A DNA stretch of 64,000 nucleotides. Source: Phoronis australis. Taxonomy: Eukaryota > Animalia > Phoronida. Positions 29,050-43,597 of this stretch are shown here, in pieces. A program made the position numbers and the translations under genes. Numbering within the stretch: the first letter of the stretch is position 1; each line of letters opens with the position of its first letter. The notes beneath the pieces are model-generated. The model worked only from the letters and a program-made list of their open reading frames with translations, was not told the DNA's origin and searched no databases. The stretch spans positions 955,326 to 1,019,325 of the forward strand of contig NMRA01000047.1 of NCBI GenBank assembly GCA_002633005.1. The letters run 5' to 3'.

Positions 29050-29562
29050 ATAATTGCTGCATAATGACCTCATTGACAAGTATACCTACTTAACCAAATA
29101 GCTACAAAAGTATAAATTAACTCAGTACTTATTTTCTGAAAGCTAAAAGCCCAACGAATTAGACTTTGAGGCTTACTTCCAATTTGTCATTGATAGGGTC
29201 AGGTACAGGTGTCTTTAGTAAAATTAAGCAAAAAAGGTACATATCAAAGCAGGGGTATTAACGTGACCAGTTTTTCTTTTACATAAATATTTAGAGAGAA
29301 ATCTCAGAAACGCTGGTACAGTTTTCTAAGATATCATCTTAGGCACCTGCAGATTGTTTCCACAAAGCCACACGCAAGTCCTATTTATTGATAACAACTC
29401 ATGCGAAAGCAGAACGGTTTAAAAACAATTCCTAACTTACAGCGTTCTGGAGAACTGTGCACAAAGCAAACTATTTGAAAGTTTCATATGGATCAGCCAT
29501 TTGAAATAAGACGTTCCTTCGCAAAATTTGGGCATTTTCGTGAGGTTCTACATGACCCTAAA
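29050..29562 (+). mobile_element. Family A copy (degenerate)
   Basis: ttgacaagt..accaaata..aaatctcagaaacgctg..gcaaaatttgggcattttc..ttctacatgaccctaa. Confidence 0.6.
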
Positions 29563-32500
29563 AAGAAACACTCCAGCTTGTCAAAATCAATGGGCTACAA
29601 TGATGACGCTTTAACGATTTGTGTTTTTTTTCAACTGCAGCTTAACTCTTCAACATAGCTTTTGCACAATTATGCTGTAGACCGAGTAGATTGTTTCCGT
29701 GACCAAATTTGCCGCAAATGGAATTCAATCCAGTTTGAAATTGGCGATTCAGAGTCCACTTAATTTTCACTGTGCGTGGCTTAACAATCAGCAAATGTCG
29801 GAAAATCGTGCCTGTTGACGACAATCAAACAAAAAGTTTGGTGACGACAAAATCGAACTGAGTCTTAAATTGTTGTGAGAAGTCACGAGATCAATATAAC
29901 GGAGAAGAAAGGAGGCTATGTTGGCGTTTTTATGAACAATGGCGTCTAATTCCAGGAACAGTCAAAACATAGAACCTTAATTATTCATGTGTTTGTCTGA
30001 GTAGTTAACGCATCCAGCTAACAAACCCAACACAAATTAATGCATTCATCATGGGTCAATTACCAGTCAAGCTGGGGAAAATATGTATGTCCAACAGAGA
30101 CCCCTCAACAGAACATGGGGAAATCAAGTGTAAATTATGCTGTCAGAACATACACACTTCCACTAATTACCACAACAAATTTGGGTGTAAGATTTCATGA
30201 AAATGACATTTTGCCATTTTCAAACAAAATGACCAAACAACAAGGTATGAATTGCAGAATTAGAATAAGCCAGTCCTATTGCAACATTCACTATTAATTA
30301 ATAAAACTGAACAAAAAAGGTGGATGGTCAAGTCTGCTGAATACCCCAATGCTGTACATTTGAACTGCATTAAGACAAAGAAAATTAATGGGTGTGACAC
30401 TTGTAAAATAACGTGAACCTAGACGTTTTTTCCCCACCTAATCCTAAAAAAAACACAAACTGGCCCCAGTGACAATACGTAGTCAAGTGAATCTTCCTTG
30501 AAATAATGAACTTGTCCTGAAAACTTTTGGTGTCTGAAGTTGAATGGGCTGTCAGAAGGAGATAACAGGCTGGCCACACAATGTAATCTATATCTGACCA
30601 GCACATACTTCGTTTTTGATTTACGGACAGGCAGATGTGGCCAACTACCACAGATGCCAGTCTCGCTACTTTTGGGCCTGTACATGTCTGTTAGTTGCAG
30701 TTGTGTCACTTGTACTTGGTCCCATATTAGATGATGCTCCGCCCATGCCGCCAGTAGAGTTCTATTTCAAAGCACGCAGCAGCACGATTGGTCAATTTTC
30801 AGTGAATCAGTGGCGGCGACACCCGGCCTGCACTCCCAGTATCTCCTGATAATCGCCCGACTGTCCAGAGACATGGCCATCTTTTTGATTAGAGTCAGAA
30901 GCTTTAAGTGACCAAGGCAGTAACTAAAACAGTGTTTTTCTCCAGTGGTCAAACACCTAGATTTATAAGAATTACAGTCCAGGTGGGACAACTAAACCAC
31001 TCTCAAACAAGATCTCAGGTCAGAAGCAAACATCAACACTACGAACCATTTTAATTAAGCTTAAGGTGGCACTAGTGAAACAAAGGTCCTGCTTGTAAAA
31101 GTGGAAGAATTCAGGTCAGGCCCCTCCCCCACTTTTGGTAAACTGCTTTCTGCTCTCACTTCATTCAGATAACAAAAGAGCACCCATTTCATCACTGGCA
31201 CCATCTAGTGAGCTTTGGAAACTTTTACTTACTGGGAATATGGCAAACAGTAGTTTTCAAAATAAACTGGACATGCTTGGACAGAATTCTGTCAGACTAC
31301 CAAACTTAGAAGAACTTCATATCAAATTTATTTGGCAATTTACTAAAAAAATTGCCACAATAAAATGATGTTGTGTGAGGTTTTGTTGAGAATTTGGAAG
31401 AATTTAAACATGTTCTTGTTGAAAGGAAATGGACATTTAATTGTGTTTTTGTGCGTCAAAGGTTTGTCTAACGATGTCTAGTTAACTTTTTGAAAACAGC
31501 TGTGTATAAGAAAGTATATTCAAGTCCTCCCAGTATGTGGAAAAATGCGTTAGTCCCAGATTATTTGTTTGCTGAACATGTTTTGACTTCAAAGATAGTT
31601 AATATTTTGTCAAACAACACATCTTTATCTTTAAAACCATTATTTGCTTAGTCAAAAAGCAGCTGTACTCTAACAGGAATGCGATAACCTTGCCTTGTAA
31701 CAGCAAATACGATTCTGAAGAAAATAATTTCCTGGTAATACCAGAACTCGGTTTCTGGCAGCTTTAAAAATCCAATTAACTATAGACTCGTGGAAATGCA
31801 AACTGTAAATATCAACCAGACGATGAACAAGTTGCATGGTTTTGAGTGTAACATTTTAAAAAAAGCAAAACATCAAGTTGTCCAGTGTCAGACTAAATGG
31901 ACTTCTTAACAAACTGAGAAAGAATGGTACTAAATGGTCTATCTGTTGTTTGATCATGTATGACAAACACCATGCTCTTGATTGATGACTATCAAAGAGA
32001 GCGCAAAAATCGACAGGAAATCGAATCACTGGGTTTATTCAGACGTGACCGAAAGACAATAAAATAAGACATTGCAGCAAAATTCATCATACAATTGTCG
32101 ATTATCAAAGGAATTGATACATAAATACATTTTATCTAAGTCAACTGACTAACTGAAAATGGTGCTACCAGGTAATCAAGTGGTACGTAGATAAATTGCA
32201 ACGGATTGCTTTTAGTTAGATTTGGTTAATATTTAATCAGACAAATGGTGTGACAAGACTATTGCTATCATTTATGTAAAGCAACAAAACGGGACAAGGA
32301 TTAACGTAAATGATTCCAGGGAAATCGCTTGTGCTTAAAAACAAAAGTAATAATCTTATGAACGCTAAATATCATACAACACAACGAAATATATTATTAT
32401 AAACATTCATATTCACAGAAAATGCACGCCTATGATCTCTTTTCTTTTAAATACTTATAAAAGACAAAACATGTCATTGACCACAAGACAGCAAGCTCGG

Positions 32501-32745
32501 AAGAATACTTATTTTAGCTTTGACAGGAAGTCAAGAGTTTTTTCTTGAATGATAGAAACAGAAATTATCAATAATACTAATAATAAAGAACTGCCGGTCT
32601 TACTCAAAACAATGTGATTACAACTGAAAAAATATAATTATTTTACTGGGCAATGGGGTTTAAACTCGGATAACCTCATCAGCAAGTCACTGTAACCTGG
32701 GTACACTAGGCATGCCAACTGTATTTAGTAAGTAGATCCAATGCC

Positions 32746-33221
32746 CAGGGCTTGGAATGACCAATGACAAAAAACGCGGAAACTTTTACGGCCCAAATCA
32801 TACGCGTTACCCAATCTTGAAATGGTCGATGTGAACCTTTCCCCGACAAAAATCGGGAGGATTACAAAAAAACCTTACCACCATCAGTAGCATGTGCCTG
32901 CGTCCTTTTAGCTCGTCTGTCCACTCCCAACCCACACATTTTTGGCTGCAAAGCCGTAGTATTTGTCGCCGCGGTTTACAATAACACGAGACGCCATTGA
33001 AAATCCCACAACGCTATCCCAGATGCCCTGGCAATGTTGACAATTTACGTTCCTCCGAAACATAAAGAGCAACTTCCGCTTCCCGCGGTAAGAAAGGAAT
33101 TTGCCGCGGAAATTTTATATCAAATCCGATTTTTTTTTTACGCGGAAATATAATAAAATGCGCGGACAGAACATTTGAAAAAAGCGGAAATCCGCGTTTC
33201 AGCGGAAAATTCCAAGCCCTG
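32746..33221. mobile_element. 476-bp hAT-like MITE
   Basis: Perfect 13-bp TIR CAGGGCTTGGAAT/ATTCCAAGCCCTG; AATGCC repeated on both flanks (32740-32745, 33222-33227); multiple subterminal (C)GCGGAAA motifs. Confidence 0.85.
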
Positions 33222-35124
33222 AATGCCCCAACTGCATTTTGTAAGAAGATCCAACAATGTCTCGCTTTACAAGACAACTGCCAGAAAATGTTCGTAGCTC
33301 TGTGGTAGCGAAATATTCCTCGAATGCCTTATGTTACTTTCTTATTAGGGAAACTTGCGGTCAATTGAAACTCCATCACAACTCCCCTTCCTATTTCTCC
33401 ACTTACTCATCTCCGGCAAGGGACATCTGAGTTATCGCTCTCTCTCTCTCCGGATTGATCAACAGATGGCGCCAATGATTCATACTCTTTGTCATGTTTT
33501 CAAACAGGTTTGCATGTCTCCTTCTTCCAATAAAAATATGAAAATAACACACACACTCCACACACACACAATCCAAAGGACTAATGGACGATATCAAACA
33601 TTTGTGATTAAAACCAGCAGATACCCCTTTATTTATAATGCTTTAAAACCAGAAACCTTCAGAATCTAAAAAAAAAATTTTCTAACGTGAACAAATTTAG
33701 AAAACAGCTTCTTGGAGTTTCTAGAAGAAATTATGCAGAAACATTCCTTCTTAAATTGAAGAGGATCATATCCCAATAGCTCACTAGATCAAAGCTTGCT
33801 CTAAGCACCAGTGTAAACAGCAGTGAGCTTAGTATAAACTTCCATTAAGATTCAGTGAATGTTGATAACCTGATCAGGTATTCCAAGACTGACTGTGTTT
33901 TAGTGTGTAAAGCTCAAAAAAGAATACAGTGTGCAAAACAAGGACAAATGACAAGGTCACAAGATGAATTAAGAGTTCATTTGGAATACAAAGTACAACA
34001 GCTGGGTAATAGTAAGATGATACTATGTGATTGTAATGAGGTGTGTGTGACTAATTAATAATACTTCCACCTCAGTGTCATCACCATGACCGGCTATTAA
34101 CAGTTTGGAATATGCACACCAGGTCTGAAAATTGACATTAGAGGAAATATTCAATCACAAAGTGGGGTCAGACAGGTTAGCTAAGGTTATGCTCTAATGA
34201 TTCCACTCTGACCATATCAATTAACTTGGTAGCAGATTCAAGTTGTTTGTGAGCCATGCGTTTTGAGAAGTGTATCCGAAGATTCAGATTTAAAGTAAGA
34301 AGCTGTCACTGCTATTATTTCTTGACAAATTTTGATGCTTCAAAAACGGATTCTGGATGTTTTTTCTATAATACAGACAGATATATCCAACGGAAATGTA
34401 AAAATAGGTGCAAGCAATGTAAAAATAGGTGCAAGCAATGTTTCAGTGGTCAGGCACTGTTGGTTTGTAACACGAATCATCAAAAGCCTGAGGGAGTTGC
34501 ACAAACACACAGTGTGATGCAGTCTCCAGTTTCGCAACAGGTAATGTTGAGATGGGTTAATAAAAAATTCAAAGAAAAGCGAGACAAAGAGTTCAACGGG
34601 GTGATAGTGTTGATTTATAAATACACCATTCCCCAATTCCCTAGCAGTCTTATTTTGGATGATTATCATTATCATTATAAGCATTATCTATTATGCTAAT
34701 TACGACAACAAACCAAAGAAATCCACCAGAGCATAAGGACGTTGTTAGCTGCCTCTTGTCGGAGTCCGATAGAATACAGGTGGTATACAATTGTGTAAAG
34801 AAACATAACTTGTATGTGTAACAGACAGCCTTGCATCTAATAAGGCAATGATTTGCGTAAAGGAATACAAGGTGTATATGTAGTCATGCATGGAGTTGGG
34901 CAACGATTTGAGTCAGAAATGTGAGCAATTTAACAGCTTGGAACAGAATTACTTGTTTGAAGTGGAATAACATCCTGTACTTGAGATGTACCAAAACGAA
35001 TCACTGGCTTCACACTGTAGAAAAAAGTCTTTGATTTAGGACAGGAAAAGTAATGAGAATGTGATGTTTCAATTTGTCAATTTTTTGTGTAAAAATTCAA
35101 GGACAGCAATATGTATGCAAACGC

Positions 35125-35540
35125 TTGAAGTTATGTAGAGCTTATTGACAAGTGAATATTCAGCCAAAAATTTAAAAACTATAGATTTTATCTCAGTGAA
35201 AGTAAACATACCACGGTATTTTCTAAAAGAAGACAGCTTGCAGCATTCAATCTTGGACTTGTTTCCCGTCTGTTATTAATTGGATAGCGCGATTTTTTGT
35301 AAATTTTATCAAATACGAAAGATACATTGACAGCAAAACAACACGATCAAAATAAATATGATCAAATTTCATTTGATAAAAATGTTCAGGATGAGATCTC
35401 AAAAACACTTTTACAGTTTCCTAAGATATCATTTCGTTCCCGATTCCTGCAACATTAAGATTTTTTTCATGAAAACCATAGTCCCGCATGCAAAAGTGCA
35501 TAAAGCCGTATTTGAAGGCTTCGTGTGCATTAAAACATAA
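35125..35540 (+). mobile_element. Family A copy (partial)
   Basis: gttatgtagagcttattgacaagt..agccaaaaatttaaaaactatagatttta..gatgagatctcaaaaacac. Confidence 0.6.
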
Positions 35541-38500
35541 AAACACTTGCAAAATTCCTGGAGCACGCTGGTAGACTTGCCGAGTATGAGTAGTGAACAC
35601 AGTGTCTGTTGCAATGGTGCCTGTAGAAGGCCTAACTTACGTGTCCGCTTTTTGTATTGCGTATTTTATTTTGCAAAATTCCAACACCATAGTACTATTG
35701 TCATTATCATTATCATTATTACCCGTTATGGAAATTATGCAAATACTGTAACATCACTGACATCACATGATTGGCCAGTGCAAGTGATGAGTTGAGCCAC
35801 ATGGAATACCTGCTGTGTGTGCAAATGAGCAAGGTCCAATCATGTAACTAGCTATGATGCACAAATATAAGATTCTGGACTTAGTTTATTAGCAAAAAGA
35901 CCGCAATATGCAAACGAGTTCCACCAAGGATCCCATTCCTTGTATATTCACAAAAGGTAAATTTCAACACTACCTGCTGCTATGAGAACTTATTGCCCAG
36001 TCAAACATGTGGAGACATGTCATTCATGCTAATTAATTACAATAACCAGAAATGTGTGCATCACATACCTAAACACTATTACCCAAGCATTTGGCCTTTG
36101 AAACTGCTTGAACAAGTGTTGAATTACATAAGGACCAACTGGCTGTTGATAGTTAAATTTAATACATATGGGAAAATGGCTGCTGGATCCACTGTGTGGC
36201 ACCAGGAACAAAAGGACATGTTTCACATGGAAAATGCCGTATTTTGGAATTCAAAGACTAATTCTAAATAGTGGATCCGTATTTGAGACAAAAAAATACA
36301 AATGGCAATGCATGGTGTGCATGCGGTGCGTATGTGTTTGAAACCTTATTAGTGTGAATCAACTTGACGTTTATAGAAATTATCACTTGCACCATGCATT
36401 CATTTTGTATTTTGTATTTTCTGGGTAAACATTCTGGTGAATACAATAAAAATACCTCAAAAAGAATACAAAACGAAAATGGAAAAACACTCAGCAATCA
36501 AATTCGAGTGCTTGCAAAATTCAAGCCTGAACTTTCTCCGGATTTACATGGTCTTACCAGACACCACATAACGCTGATATGATTTCCTCAAGCATCGATA
36601 TTACTTATAATAAAGGGTTGATAAATAAATCACATCAGAACCTGAAAGAGCATTTCCTGCTGGGATGGGTGGCTCAATGTAGCTATGATAACAAGTTGTT
36701 AATGACTGCAACTCTTTAACATGGAGGCATTACCATAGTTCCCGCAGGGTACCGGGCAGTTTTGGACGGCTTACCAAGCAGTTTTGGACGGCTTTTAGTC
36801 CAGTCATTCTAGGGCTCCAGAAGGCCCAACCAAGAAAAAATTGCAACAGAAGGTTTTTTGCATAAATGGAATCTTCAAACATCCCTTGGTGACAGAAAAA
36901 AGTCTACCCAAATCGGAGTGGTGGAAATCAGTTTTTTAAGATGAGGACAACTTTTACAATGCCTATTCAACACGCCCTTTGTATTGATATAGATCTGAGC
37001 TAATGAAGTTCAAAGGTAATAGCTAGCTACCATTAACAGTCTCAACAATGGTTGCTGTTAGTACCCCCAATTTTGTTTTCTCCGACATTTGCAGAGTTAC
37101 AGCCTGCAACTCTGGAGAGTAGTTTTAACTTGGTACATTATAAATATTACAAAATGACTAAAAAGGTTATCTTCACATAGGGCCACTTCCCAAAGGAACG
37201 ATGTGTTTCATGTTGGTTTTCTTTATTTAATTTTTAATGCTTCTGCCCACTTTTTTTTCTCACCGGAAACGGGTTGATAACTTTTTATCTAAGTTTTAAA
37301 CTTGAAGTACCAAAACAATGGTAGATTTTGATCGCCAGCGAAACTTAATTAGTTAAGTTCATTGTGAACCCGTACCTGAACTTTCCACATTACAAGTAGG
37401 CTTACACTAAACATTTCACGTGTCATTAAAGTTTAATCTTTATCAGAACTCAAATTATAAAATATATACAAAAGTGGAAATACGGTAATAACCAGAACTG
37501 AAAATTTGGAATCTTTGGACAAGTTGGGTGGCACTGACTATATAATTATTTCAGCTCTTTGTCAGTAACAAAAAATGAAAAGTGGGCACAAGTTAAGTAC
37601 AACTACTGTTTCCTGGTTTCAAGTGTGATTAAAAGAGATTGAAAGAATATTAAAAAATGAATGCATGTGATGATGATCAGCGTTTGTATATCCACCGAGT
37701 ATATCAATACGCGCGGTAGTTTATCTTCAATCGTACCCAATGGTTGTAGTTTTTAGCCGGGAGTGGTCATGAACACACAAATTTACCGTACTTTTACTTC
37801 TCACACATGTAGTTGTGTAACCATACAATTATGCTCCAATATATAATATTTACACTGTTATTGTCATGTGATCACTGTTTAATGGATGTCGGGTGATGTT
37901 TGCGTAAGAGAAGTACTAGACTATATAGTTATGTTATGTGACTGGATAATCAGGCAGCTATTATTTTGCTTGTAACAATGAGCTTCTGGAGATTATTCTA
38001 TAAACTGATACGTGCCACCACTTGGAAAGTCTATCAATTAAAGGCTGTTAAAACTAGATGGAACATGGTTTTCAATGGAACATGTCTTGAAGAACATCTG
38101 TTGCCCAAATACTTCATAACTTACTGATGCACATGTATCTGTAACCTGTACCAAGGATGTGTGACTGTGCAATGTGGGTGAATGCTCATATATATCAGTG
38201 CACGTGTGATCACGTTCATTTATTATACTTGCGTGAACACGTAAATGGATGAACACATATTCATATAGGTGTAAAACCTGCACTGGTGTCCATGTGTGAA
38301 TGCCCATAAAACTTCACCACCTTCAGCACCCAAAGTGACGACCCAGTAAATGAAGATGGGTTAAACTTATCCAGTATGACGGAAGTCGGTACGGCAATGT
38401 CCTTTGCAAGGAGGAAAAGTAGTTTAGTTTTCGTTTAATGATTGCCATTCCGGGAGGGTTTTGCATGGTTCATCAGACTCTATCAGTATTACAGATAAGG

Positions 38501-41500
38501 GCGTGTGACTCGGTGCTAATAACTCCTGAAGCATGCCAACAAAGCTGCATTTCGCCACTGTTTAGCTGCCGATGTTGAATTACTAACAGCAGCAATTTGC
38601 AGTTTAAAAATATGTTCACCCAACCTTGAACTGTTGCCAGATGAGCCCACAACTCTTAGTCACAGACAGTGCCAACAAATGCCATTGTTGAATTCGCAAT
38701 ATTATATTGGCCAATCTCAATAAACTCTGAAATGTTTTCTTGAGCCCTTGATGGTTTCAATGTTCTTGTTGGTAACATAGATAGAATCCTGTCACGGTAC
38801 TGAGCATTAAGAGGTAAAATTCTGAGACTAAAAGGACTAATTCTACTTTTGTTTTTTGCCTGTCAAGCAGGGCGACGTTGTAGCTTTAATTATTAATGAG
38901 CAGAACAGGGAGAAGCCACTGGCAAAATATCAACTGCAGTCAGTCAGTTCAGTAGTAGTAGTAGTCTTTCTGTTCCAGTTTATTTTTCTCAATAGTTGAA
39001 TTTTTCTAAAATGTGCTGTTGTTTTCATTTGGAAAACTTACAGCACTGAGTCACAGAAAAAGGGAAAAACACGAACAAAAACAAGGAAGAGCAATCAGTC
39101 TCCTCATGAATGTTCTGGTGAATTGTGACTGACAGACGTTTTAACCATGGGAAATGCAAAGTACACACATATACTATTCAACCCTATCCATGAGGGAGTT
39201 TCCAGTAGCAGACACGATAGCCATAAAAAAATACACTCTTTTTACAATTTTGTAGACAGGCAACATGAAACTGAAATATTCAGCTAAAATAGCGCAAAGC
39301 AGCCTATCATCCTTCACGGACTCTTCTTGTTGTTTTTAAAAGTTGCTGGAAAGGAGTTTGGCAAATGAGACAGCTAAAATTCAAATTACATTGAAATTTT
39401 TATATGTTATGCATCGAAACAAACCACAATCTTTGGTTCAAGTACAAAAAATACCAAAAGCTGTGTGTCCCTGCATTTCATAATCGCAAAAAGTAATTAA
39501 ACGAGCTCCCTAGCAAAATCTGATCTGCAATTATTATTAATGAATTCAATTACATTTGGCTTTAAGGTTTTTCGTCCCCAGATCATTTCAATGTATAACA
39601 TACAAAAATTTAACTTCGTTGCCTAACTCGGGTCCATTAATTTTAAAGTTGGCCACCAGATTGAATTCACAGCGTTATAAAACATAAGGTTTTGTTAAAG
39701 TCAATATATCAACACTACTTACTTAAGGCGCTGTTTATGTGAAATCACCTCTGTGTCCAGGCTGATTGTACTGTATTTAGTACATGGCATATCATCCTTG
39801 TGTTACTTAAGAAAAACAAACTAAATTTACATCTACAAGCTGCTAATTCTCAGGTGACCATAGAACTTAGTGAAAATCCCTACCAAATGAAATTTGAGGT
39901 TCTTGTGTTAAATACTGAGTAAACACAAGCAGAGTTCAGTAATCCATGTCAGATTACCTAAAACAATGAGAGTACTGAGAGTTTATTGGAAGTTTCAGCA
40001 GCTGAAGAAGAATGATAGGTTCCAAGTAAAACAATCATGAAATAAATCAGAGTTGAATTCAGGCAAGAACCCACCAAGGAAATGACCAAATTACAATCAT
40101 TCATAGGCCACTTGAGAAATAGGTCACGTTTCAGTACTTGACGTAAAACTTCATGATTTGCCAAAATTTATGATGGAGCATATTCCCGCATGCCTAATCA
40201 CAAAACTGATGAACACCACCGCTGAGCTAACGGTCCATTCTGTACCGGTGGCAAGATGGGTTTGGACTTTGGGACATTACATGAGGGACATTTTAAAGCC
40301 CATGTTTTTGGTACGCTTGGTAGACATGAATGAAAGAGAATAATTGATAGGACTGTTGTAAAATTCGTGGCTTGTTGGTCCGAGCCATGTGAAAACAATG
40401 CATGTTAAAATCTCACAAATTTCCGACAAACGTTGTTACCAAAATTACTTCATTTTTCAAATGCTTCCCACATTGATGGAAATGCCCAAAATTTCTCAGA
40501 ATCACAGTCTGATGGTAGGTATGGTATAGATGTTTTAAATACAATCTGGCACTTATTTGGTGTTACTTATCTTTTATGAAAAAACGAAAAAAGTCACTTG
40601 TCCGCCATATTGTGGCCTAAACTGATGTGCTTGTACAGTAACTGTGTATGTAGGTGAAGGAAAAGGCTTCATAGTAGTAAGAATCATTAAACAAAGACCA
40701 TTAGATAATGACTGTCCCACCTCTCATCAACAAAAGGAAGCCATTTCTATGGCTAGCACAAAAGTTTGTTGCATATTAGAATGAAGGGCTTCATGATATC
40801 CTCAATCCGCAAGCGAAAACTGAAGACAATTTAAATCATAAACATAGGTTTACTCCCTGTTCTAAATCTTTAAGTAGCAATAAACCCCCCTTCTGCCAAA
40901 GAAACTAACCTTTGATTTAGACCACTTACTGAGTCTCAACTTGTTCCTTACTCAAATGAGAACTGGGTTTCGGTCTTGCAAAGGAATGACAGTTCATTAT
41001 TGCTCAAGACCAAGCCTGGAAAATAAAATGTCAGGTCGCGACAAAGTCACCTTGCACAGCATGGTCTCGAGCAATAGCGAACGTCAAGTTTTTCCAAGCA
41101 CTGAAAACACATTATTAGTACACTGCCCACGTAAGTTCCCAGTGGGAGGAGTGTGGTAAGAGTGTAACAAGCACTCCATTGGATGAGATTATGAGAGAGT
41201 CTTGCATGCAAAATACCCATTGCACATCTCAGAAACACTGTCACATCAATGAATCTCAAAGAAACAGGAAATCAATGACTGAGGCTAGATGTTTATTCTC
41301 TTCCGCTGGTTTTCAATGAACAAAAGTGACCATGCACCTTGGTAATTAAGTGAGATAGTACATTACAACATTTCGCAGCTGCTCGTGTATGCTAAAAGAC
41401 GTCAAAATAGAACCAAAAGGAATGGGTTTGCTGGCAATCTGATGGCTCCAAAATTTTGCTATTTCATTTATGATAGATATAGCGTCTTCAACTTTACTAC

Positions 41501-42301
41501 AAAAATAAATGCCAACATAGCGGCTTTTCCATTTTACAAAGTATGGTTACGTTATCAAAATAACTGAAATTTTCCCACCTAAGTTTTGTTTTGAGATAGC
41601 TAGACGTTCAGCACAAATGGAAGTTAAGTTTTCTCAACATTTATTTGTCTGAGAAATTTTGGCAAAAATGAAATTCCACATGTGCACTACATTAGTGTGG
41701 TTAAATGAAGAGCAGTATGAATTGTCTACTGGGAGATATTAGGAGCAGAAATGGTCACTAATGAAAAAAAATCAACAAATAAAGAAGAGCAGCCAGCAAA
41801 AATAAAAAAAATCATATTAAAATGATTAAGACAACTGGTCTGTCTCACTTGAGTATTGACTGACAAAAACATGTCCAGGAAGTGAAGTCACACAACCAGA
41901 ACTGACAAGCAGGAACAAGATTGCTGTTGGTTTCAGAACACACACATTTACCGGAATAAGAGATAGGGTAGTGTTTTACCAATGACATTTTAGACGAAGT
42001 TAAATCACAAGAATTCTCTCCGGTGGATCAATATTACCTCATTTGATATAACTGCTAAATAAAAAATGAAATGGCAACACGGGCAGATTAGGTTTCATGT
42101 TGAACAGGTAATGAATGGTTCAGTGGGTATATGGGAAGTCTAGTCAGGAAGCTATCAAGTTTAAATATTCAAAGACAATTCCAATTCTAAAAACTTATCA
42201 ATGCTAAATCAAATCTCCATTTCCTCTCACTAACCATGATTTATGCAAAACTATCATTGTGTGTATTACCTCCATGGTTATCAGTGACTTTGTGTATTGG
42301 T

Positions 42302-42815
42302 CAGGTTAATGTAGGACTATTGAAAACTTGCCAATTTTGTCTAACTTCAGAACATCATATCTCACAAATGGCTGTTGGGATTCAAATGAAACTTTCAGAT
42401 ACTATGTTTTAAGCTCTGTTCACCTAATCACTTTTAGGAATTGCTTTTGAAATGTTCCACTTTTTCGCAAGGGGCTAACAGAAATAGGACTTGGGATTTT
42501 TATGAAAGAACTTGCAGCGAAAAAAGCGAAACGATAATTAAGAAAGCTGTAACGATGTTTTTGAGATTTCATCTTGAACATTTATATCAAACAAAATTTG
42601 ATCATGTTATTCCCGCTGCTGTTGGACCTTTCTCTTTATGCTAAATTTGACTGATGGCCAGGTGATGCAATTAGTGGCAGATGGCTGTTAAGTCAAAAAT
42701 CAAACAATACAGGCTTTCTACTTAAAAAAATGTACACCTTAACTAAGTTAAAATCTATAGTTTTGTACATTTGGCTAAATACATACTTGTGAGTAAGGTC
42801 AAGGGTCACCCTAAC
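42302..42815 (-). mobile_element. Family A copy
   Basis: aggttaatgtaggac..ctaacttcagaacatcata..gagatttcatcttgaacatttatatcaaa (identical block at ~1242)..aaatctatagttttgtacatttggct. Confidence 0.65.
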
Positions 42816-43414
42816 TTCCCTTTGTTACTAACCTGTGATATTTAAATCACAGGTAATGTTTGGTGGACAAACCACCTGTAATCTCCGACATACCCCAATT
42901 CTGTAGTTATTTTATCACACAATATCGCCGACAAGTGAGTGAAATTCTATTTTATCAAATATCTTCACAAAAATAAAGCTAAAGAAAACGTTAGTCTACC
43001 ACTAGCAGAGTTTGTAGTGTCTAGACGTCATTAAACAATGTTGACGAATTTTCCACTATTTCCGGCAAAGAGATTAGCCGCTGAAAAATGGAAAATGACA
43101 ATTCTGACAATTATTTTTGTGCAAAACAAGTGGAGAATTATCATACATTATTCAGATTTAAATTGCCCACCGTTATTATTTGATTTGATTTAATATGATA
43201 CGGGTTTCCAAAAAAATATTCACACAATGACGAAAAAATTGAATCAAATCCCAATATTAACAGGGGTAAGTTGCATAGACATAAGACACTTGTGAACAAG
43301 CCAGAAAACCTAAGGCCACGCAAAATCACGCAAGTGAAAGATGCGCATTACGCAAGCATATTTGAGAACTTAAAAGCCTAGGTAGCAAAAAAGCGGCCAC
43401 TAAGTGATTGGTCG

Positions 43415-43597
43415 ATGAATATCGCACTATATCCGTTTCTCCAATGAATATTGCACTATATCCGTTTCTCCAATGAATATTGCACTATATCCGTTTCTCC
43501 AATGAATATTGCACTATATCCGTTTCTCCAATGAATATTGCACTATATCCGTTTCTCCAATGAATATTGCACTATATCCATTTCTCCAATGAATATT
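43415..43597. repeat. Minisatellite, 29-bp unit x ~6.3
   Basis: ATGAATATTGCACTATATCCGTTTCTCCA head-to-tail with no spacers. Confidence 0.97.

Noticed and set aside
34256-34699. 147-aa Cys-rich ORF (CKNRCKQ x2) as a metal-binding protein
   Set aside because: The pattern derives from a 21-bp tandem duplication; no domain or splice support.
43415-43597. 29-bp repeats as a CRISPR array
   Set aside because: Units are head-to-tail with no spacers, no cas genes are present, and the context is eukaryotic.
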